Assembly: GCA_002269645.1 (NCBI GenBank)
Contig: NIVC01002580.1
Location: forward strand, 44,490 to 108,489
Source: Macrostomum lignano
Lineage: Eukaryota
DNA length: 64,000 nucleotides
Direction: 5' to 3'
Positions 59,841 to 64,000 of this stretch are shown here, piece by piece (within the stretch, counting starts at the first letter, position 1; each line of letters opens with the position of its first letter). A program made the position numbers and the translations under genes. The notes under the pieces are model-generated. The model was not told where the DNA came from. It did not search any database and was given only the letters and a program-made list of their open reading frames with translations.

Positions 59841-62800
59841 CTAAGACAGACAGACAGACAGCTAGTTTCCGGTTACAAAGGCTCAGCAGCACTCACACAG
59901 CATATCGGATCCGGTCCCCAGCGCATAGAACCGATCGTTAATGGCAAACATTTTGTGAACAGCCAGGGTCGCAGCGCACATCTGGAATATAAAATTTTAT
60001 CTACTTATCTTATTCTTAGTTAACGTGAAGGTTTACATCTTAATTAGTAAGACAGACGCAAACAAATAGATGGAATTTAAAAGACATCAGTGCACGGTGC
60101 ACTTCAAAAGCACTACTGATAGTACACAGGATGAAGCGAGGTAAATTTAAAGATTTTTGGGGGGTCGCCACACAGCCTCAATTACCCCCGCTGGCACCCA
60201 TTTTACAGCTGGGTGAACTGAAGCACGCAGAGTTGAATGTCTTGCTCAAGGACACAAATTGTTCCCAGTGGGTCAGTCGAGTGTCCGATGCTCTAGCCAC
60301 TAGGCTGCAACCCCCTTCTACGAGTAAAAATACGAGAGGCGTCCGGAAAGTAGTGTTACTTTTGCTTGGTGTGGACGTATGGACAGTCACACTTGCATGT
60401 GCTTGGTGTCATTTGAAAGCGGCAAGTCTCTTCTTTAAAATGACACCAATTGCAAGAGATTTGAATCTGTGCTTCAAGAGATATGGACGATTAATTAGAG
60501 AAAGGTCAGTCTTAGACTTACAGAACCTCAAAAATGTCAACAGAAAACTTTTATCACGAGCGTAATTACTCCAGAAAAAACAAACACAACAGTACAGTAC
60601 AGAAGCAGGTGAAACAGATAACAAGCAAATTATCACACAAGCGAACAACATTAAAATCATTCATCGGTTGGCAGACTTGTCATCTTGCTGACAGCATGGT
60701 CGCCATGAGCTGTGCAAAGTTGCCTGTGGATGTCAGCCGATTTGGTTCCGGAGCTCCAAAGTGTAAAGATGGCATGTCGCTGCCCAGTCTTTGAATGCAC
60801 ATCCAGTTGCAGTTCAAAATTGAAAATTGAATGTCAATAAACTTTGCAGGCGCAGCAGAAGCAGTTTTACAAGTCTCGTAGTTTTATGAGACAGCCCCTC
60901 TCGTTCACTGCATCACATTTGGCCATAGACAGCCCATGATTACGAAAAAAATCGATAAAATCGTAAAAGTTTTCTGTTGACATTTTTGAGGTTCTGTAAG
61001 TCTATGACTGACCTTTCTCTACTTAATCGTCCATATCTCTTGAAGCACAGATTCAAATCTCTTGCAATTGGTGTCATTTTAAAGAAGAGACTTGCCGCTT
61101 TCAAATGACACCAAGCACATGCAAGTGTGACTGTCCATACGTCCACACCAAGCAAAAGTAACACTACTTTCCGGACGCCCCTCGTACCTCAATGTGGCCA
61201 TTGAACTCGTCAAAAACTCAACATTCTGCTGAACAAACCATTTTTTCGTGATGCGTTTTCGAATAGGTGTTCTTCTGATAGCCGTAGGGAATCAGCAGGT
61301 ACTGGCCGAACGAGTGCAGCGACACAAACATCAGCAGTCGCGACTTTCTGGACTCCAGGTATCGCCGTACGGCGCTCGTTTCAGCGGCCGAAAAGGCGGT
61401 CGGCCCGCGGAAATTGTCGGCGCACGGGAAGCCGCTGCTGCCAGCGCCGCCGCCCACCTGTAGCCGTAGTTGCGGTTCAGGTCCACGCCTCGGCAGTAGC
61501 GCCTCATTCCGTTCACTTCTCGATTCTTGCGCCACATTCGGTTCTGTTTGGGAAAGTGCACAGCATCAAGATGTTGGCGAGATCGCGGCCACTTGGGATT
61601 GGATTATTAGTGCTACATATCCTCTTATACGGTATCAGTGCTTGAGCAGCTGGTCTACTGATCTCCGCCAGATCTGAGTTGCTGGGTCACCGACAGCCTT
61701 TCAGATCCTCAGCTACTGGGCCAGCCTCTCAGATCCTTAGTTGCTGGCCGGCCTCCCAGAGTGTCAGTTCCTGGGCCAGCCTCCCAGATCCTCAGGTGCT
61801 GGGCCAGCTGCCTCTCACATCCTCAGTTGCTGGGCCAGCCTCTCAGATCCTCAGGTGCTGGGCCAGCTGCCTCTCACATCCTCAGTTGCTGGGCTAACCT
61901 CTCAGATCCTCAGTTGCTGGGCCAACCTCACATCCTCAGTTGCTGGGCCAGCCTCTCAGATCCTCAGGTGCTGGGCCAGCTGCCTCTCACATCCTCAGTT
62001 GCTGTGCCAGCCTCTCAGATCCTCAGTTGCTGGGCCACTACGCCTCCCCGATCCCTATCACATTTTTCCTGATCCCTAGTTTTGCCAAAAACCCGTTGCA
62101 CTCACGCGCAGCCTTGAGTACTCGTACCCATCTGGGTTGTACAAAATCAGCATCATAATTTCGTGTCGTTCCACAATTTCAGCCGCCTCAATGACTGTCA
62201 GGCTAGATTGATTCGCATTGCTCAGACTGGCGGGCAGGCCCACATTAATGAGCTGGTCGGCAATGTACAGCGCAGTTGCCGGGCTGACCCACTCCCTGGC
62301 GTGGATCCCGGCATCCAGCCACACCGCCGTCTTCTTGGACGAGTCCGGGGATTTGTTCTTGGCGATCTGAAAAGTACACTCATAATTGGCTTTTGTTTGT
62401 GTCTGAAATTTACAAGCCTAAAGTTACACAAACTACACGTGATCGTGTATGATTTGTATCTGACACTGTTATCTATGGCACTGTTATCTATGGCACTGTT
62501 ATCTATGGCACTGTTATCTATGGCACTGTTATCAATGGCACTGTTATCAATGGCACTGTTATCTATGGCACTGTTATCTATGGCACTGTTATCTATGGCA
62601 CTGTTATCTATGGCACTGTTATCTATGGCACTGTTATCTATGGCACTGTTATCTATGGCACTGTTATCTATGGCACTGTTATCTATGGCACTGTTATCAA
62701 TGGCACTGTTATCAATGGCACTGTTATCTATGGCACTGTTATCTATGGCACTGTTATCTATGGCACTGTTATCTATGGCACTGTTATCTATGGCACTGTT

Positions 62801-63392
62801 ATCTATGGCACTGTTATCTATGGCACTGTTATCTATGGCACTGTTATCAATGGCACTGTTATCAATGGCACTGTTATCTATGGCACTGTTATCTATGGCA
62901 CTGTTATCTATGGCACTGTTATCTATGGCACTGTTATCTATGGCACTGTTATCTATGCACTGTTATCTATGGCACTGTTATCTATGGCACTGTTATCTAT
63001 GGCACTGTTATCTATGGCACTGTTATCAATGGCACTGTTATCTATGGCACTGTTATCTATGGCACTGTTATCCATGGCACTGTTATCTATGGCACTGTTA
63101 TCTATGGCACTGTTATTTATGGCACTATTATTTATGGCAAATTTACGACTACTATATGTTAACCGATCGCCACATTATTGCTGCTTTAGCTGCTTCTGAA
63201 GATTTTCCTGATGACTCGGTCGCAGCAAAACAGAGTTTAGCCTTGATTTAAAAAGATAAATTAATATAAGCCTCTGACCTTCAGCACGAACAGTTTTCTG
63301 CCCTCGAATGTCCGTCCGATTCTTTCCAGCGAGCAGGTGCCAGGATGAAGTTCGTTGCAGCGATCTTTGAGCTCAATCAGACTGCGGCGAAT
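59353..63392 (-). CDS. M14A zinc carboxypeptidase (CPA/CPB family), 3' part; exons 63392-63279, 62366-62106, 61543-61239, 59981-59897, 59618-59353; 5' exons lie beyond the window; 1-nt frameshift at 61453-61455
   Basis: [19 protein letters not shown] (Zn His/Glu), [24 protein letters not shown] (Zn His), GGSDDW and FTVELP (catalytic Glu). Junction phases 0,0,0,1 are consistent if one G is restored in exon 3. Confidence 0.92.
59655..59860. repeat. (GACA)n microsatellite with periodic GACACTAA interruptions
   Basis: Directly visible in the last carboxypeptidase intron. Confidence 0.97.
60150..60308 (-). mobile_element. Second, internally deleted copy of the tRNA/CORE-like SINE
   Basis: Minus strand GTGTCCTTGAGCAAGACATTCAAC...CAGTTCACCCAGCTGTAAAATGGGTGCC aligns by eye with 36461-36640; the box B region is missing. 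Confidence 0.7.
60333..61184 (-). mobile_element. Tc1/mariner deletion derivative, 852 bp, with ~220-bp TIRs
   Basis: TA-CGAG(A/G)GGCGTCCGGAAAGTA ... TACTTTCCGGACGCCCCTCG-TA; arms 60333-60552 and 60965-61184 are near-identical; the interior encodes [35 protein letters not shown], resembling the mariner N-terminal HTH. Confidence 0.92.
61690..62036. repeat. Degenerate ~28-bp intronic minisatellite (GCTGGGCCAGCCTCTCAGATCCTCAGTT)
   Basis: Directly visible. Confidence 0.92.
62462..63138. repeat. 15-bp intronic minisatellite (GGCACTGTTATCTAT)
   Basis: Directly visible; source of the MALLS ORF. Confidence 0.98.
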
Positions 63393-63414
63393 CTTCGTGG
63401 GGTCGATTGTCGAG

Positions 63415-63825
63415 TTGCTGGGTTGTCGGGTTACTACTGGGTTGTCGGGTTGCTGGGTTGTCGGGTTGCTGGGTTGTCGGGTTGCTGGTTGTCGGGTTGC
63501 TGGGTTGTCGGGTTGCTGGGTTGTCGGATTGCTGGGTTGTCGGGTTGCTGGGTTGTCGGGTTGCTGGGTTGTCGGGTTGCTGGGTTGTCGGGTTGCTGGG
63601 TTGTCGGGTTGCTGGGTTGTCGGGTTGCTGGGTTGTCGGGTTGCTGGGTTGTCGGGTTGCTGGGTTGTCGGATTGCTGGGTTGTCGGGTTGCTGGGTTTT
63701 CGGGTTGCTGGGTTGTCGGGTTGCTGGGTTGTCGGGTTGCTGGGTTGTCGGGTTGCTGGGTTGTCGGGTTGCTGGGTTGTCGGGTTGCTGGGTTGTCGGT
63801 TGCTGGGTTGTCGGGTTGGGTTTTC
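63415..63825. repeat. 16-bp intronic minisatellite (GTTGTCGGGTTGCTGG)
   Basis: Directly visible. Confidence 0.97.
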
Positions 63826-63864
63826 GGGTTGTCTAGCAGGCGTGTTTAAAGACTTAGGAACCAT

Positions 63865-64000
63865 AGACACTGATGCGGACACAAAGACAATCAGGCAGAC
63901 ACTAAGATAACAAGGAAGACACTAAGACACTGATGCAGACACTAAGATAACGAAGGAAGACACTAAGACACTGATGCAGACACTAAGATAACGAGGAGAC
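63865..64000. repeat. Start of a composite GACACTAAGA/GACACTGATGCA tandem repeat running off the window
   Basis: Directly visible, partial. Confidence 0.7.

Noticed and set aside
61439-61458. 20-nt GT...AG micro-intron as a fix for the carboxypeptidase frameshift
   Set aside because: It would delete the conserved W-G-G residues after NRN and is shorter than credible for this genome.
62163-63251. 362-aa MALLS-repeat ORF
   Set aside because: 15-bp array antisense to a carboxypeptidase intron.

Overview
Animal (metazoan) genomic DNA with spliceosomal introns. No CRISPR array, rRNA or intact tRNA gene was seen. The gene content and the minisatellite-filled introns suggest a spiralian, most likely a free-living flatworm such as Macrostomum (inference). 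Genes reconstructed by hand with phase-consistent GT-AG junctions: a 4-exon neuropathy-target-esterase/swiss-cheese-like patatin (+), a 5-exon TTC23-like TPR gene (-), RPS28 (+), a 2-exon FaNaC-like DEG/ENaC channel (+), and the 3' five exons of an M14A carboxypeptidase (-, one 1-nt frameshift). Also present: two single-exon orphan ORFs, a disrupted CEP290-like fragment, another decayed exon, and scattered exons of an unidentified minus-strand gene. Non-coding content: about 25 tandem arrays (most long ORF-track entries are artefacts of these), hAT-type MITEs with TIRs and 8-bp TSDs, a mariner deletion derivative, a foldback element and two tRNA/CORE-type SINEs. Most unusual signals: two sharply bounded multi-kb CpG deserts, tandem arrays whose unit is a GT...AG mini-intron, and minisatellites housed inside MITEs.
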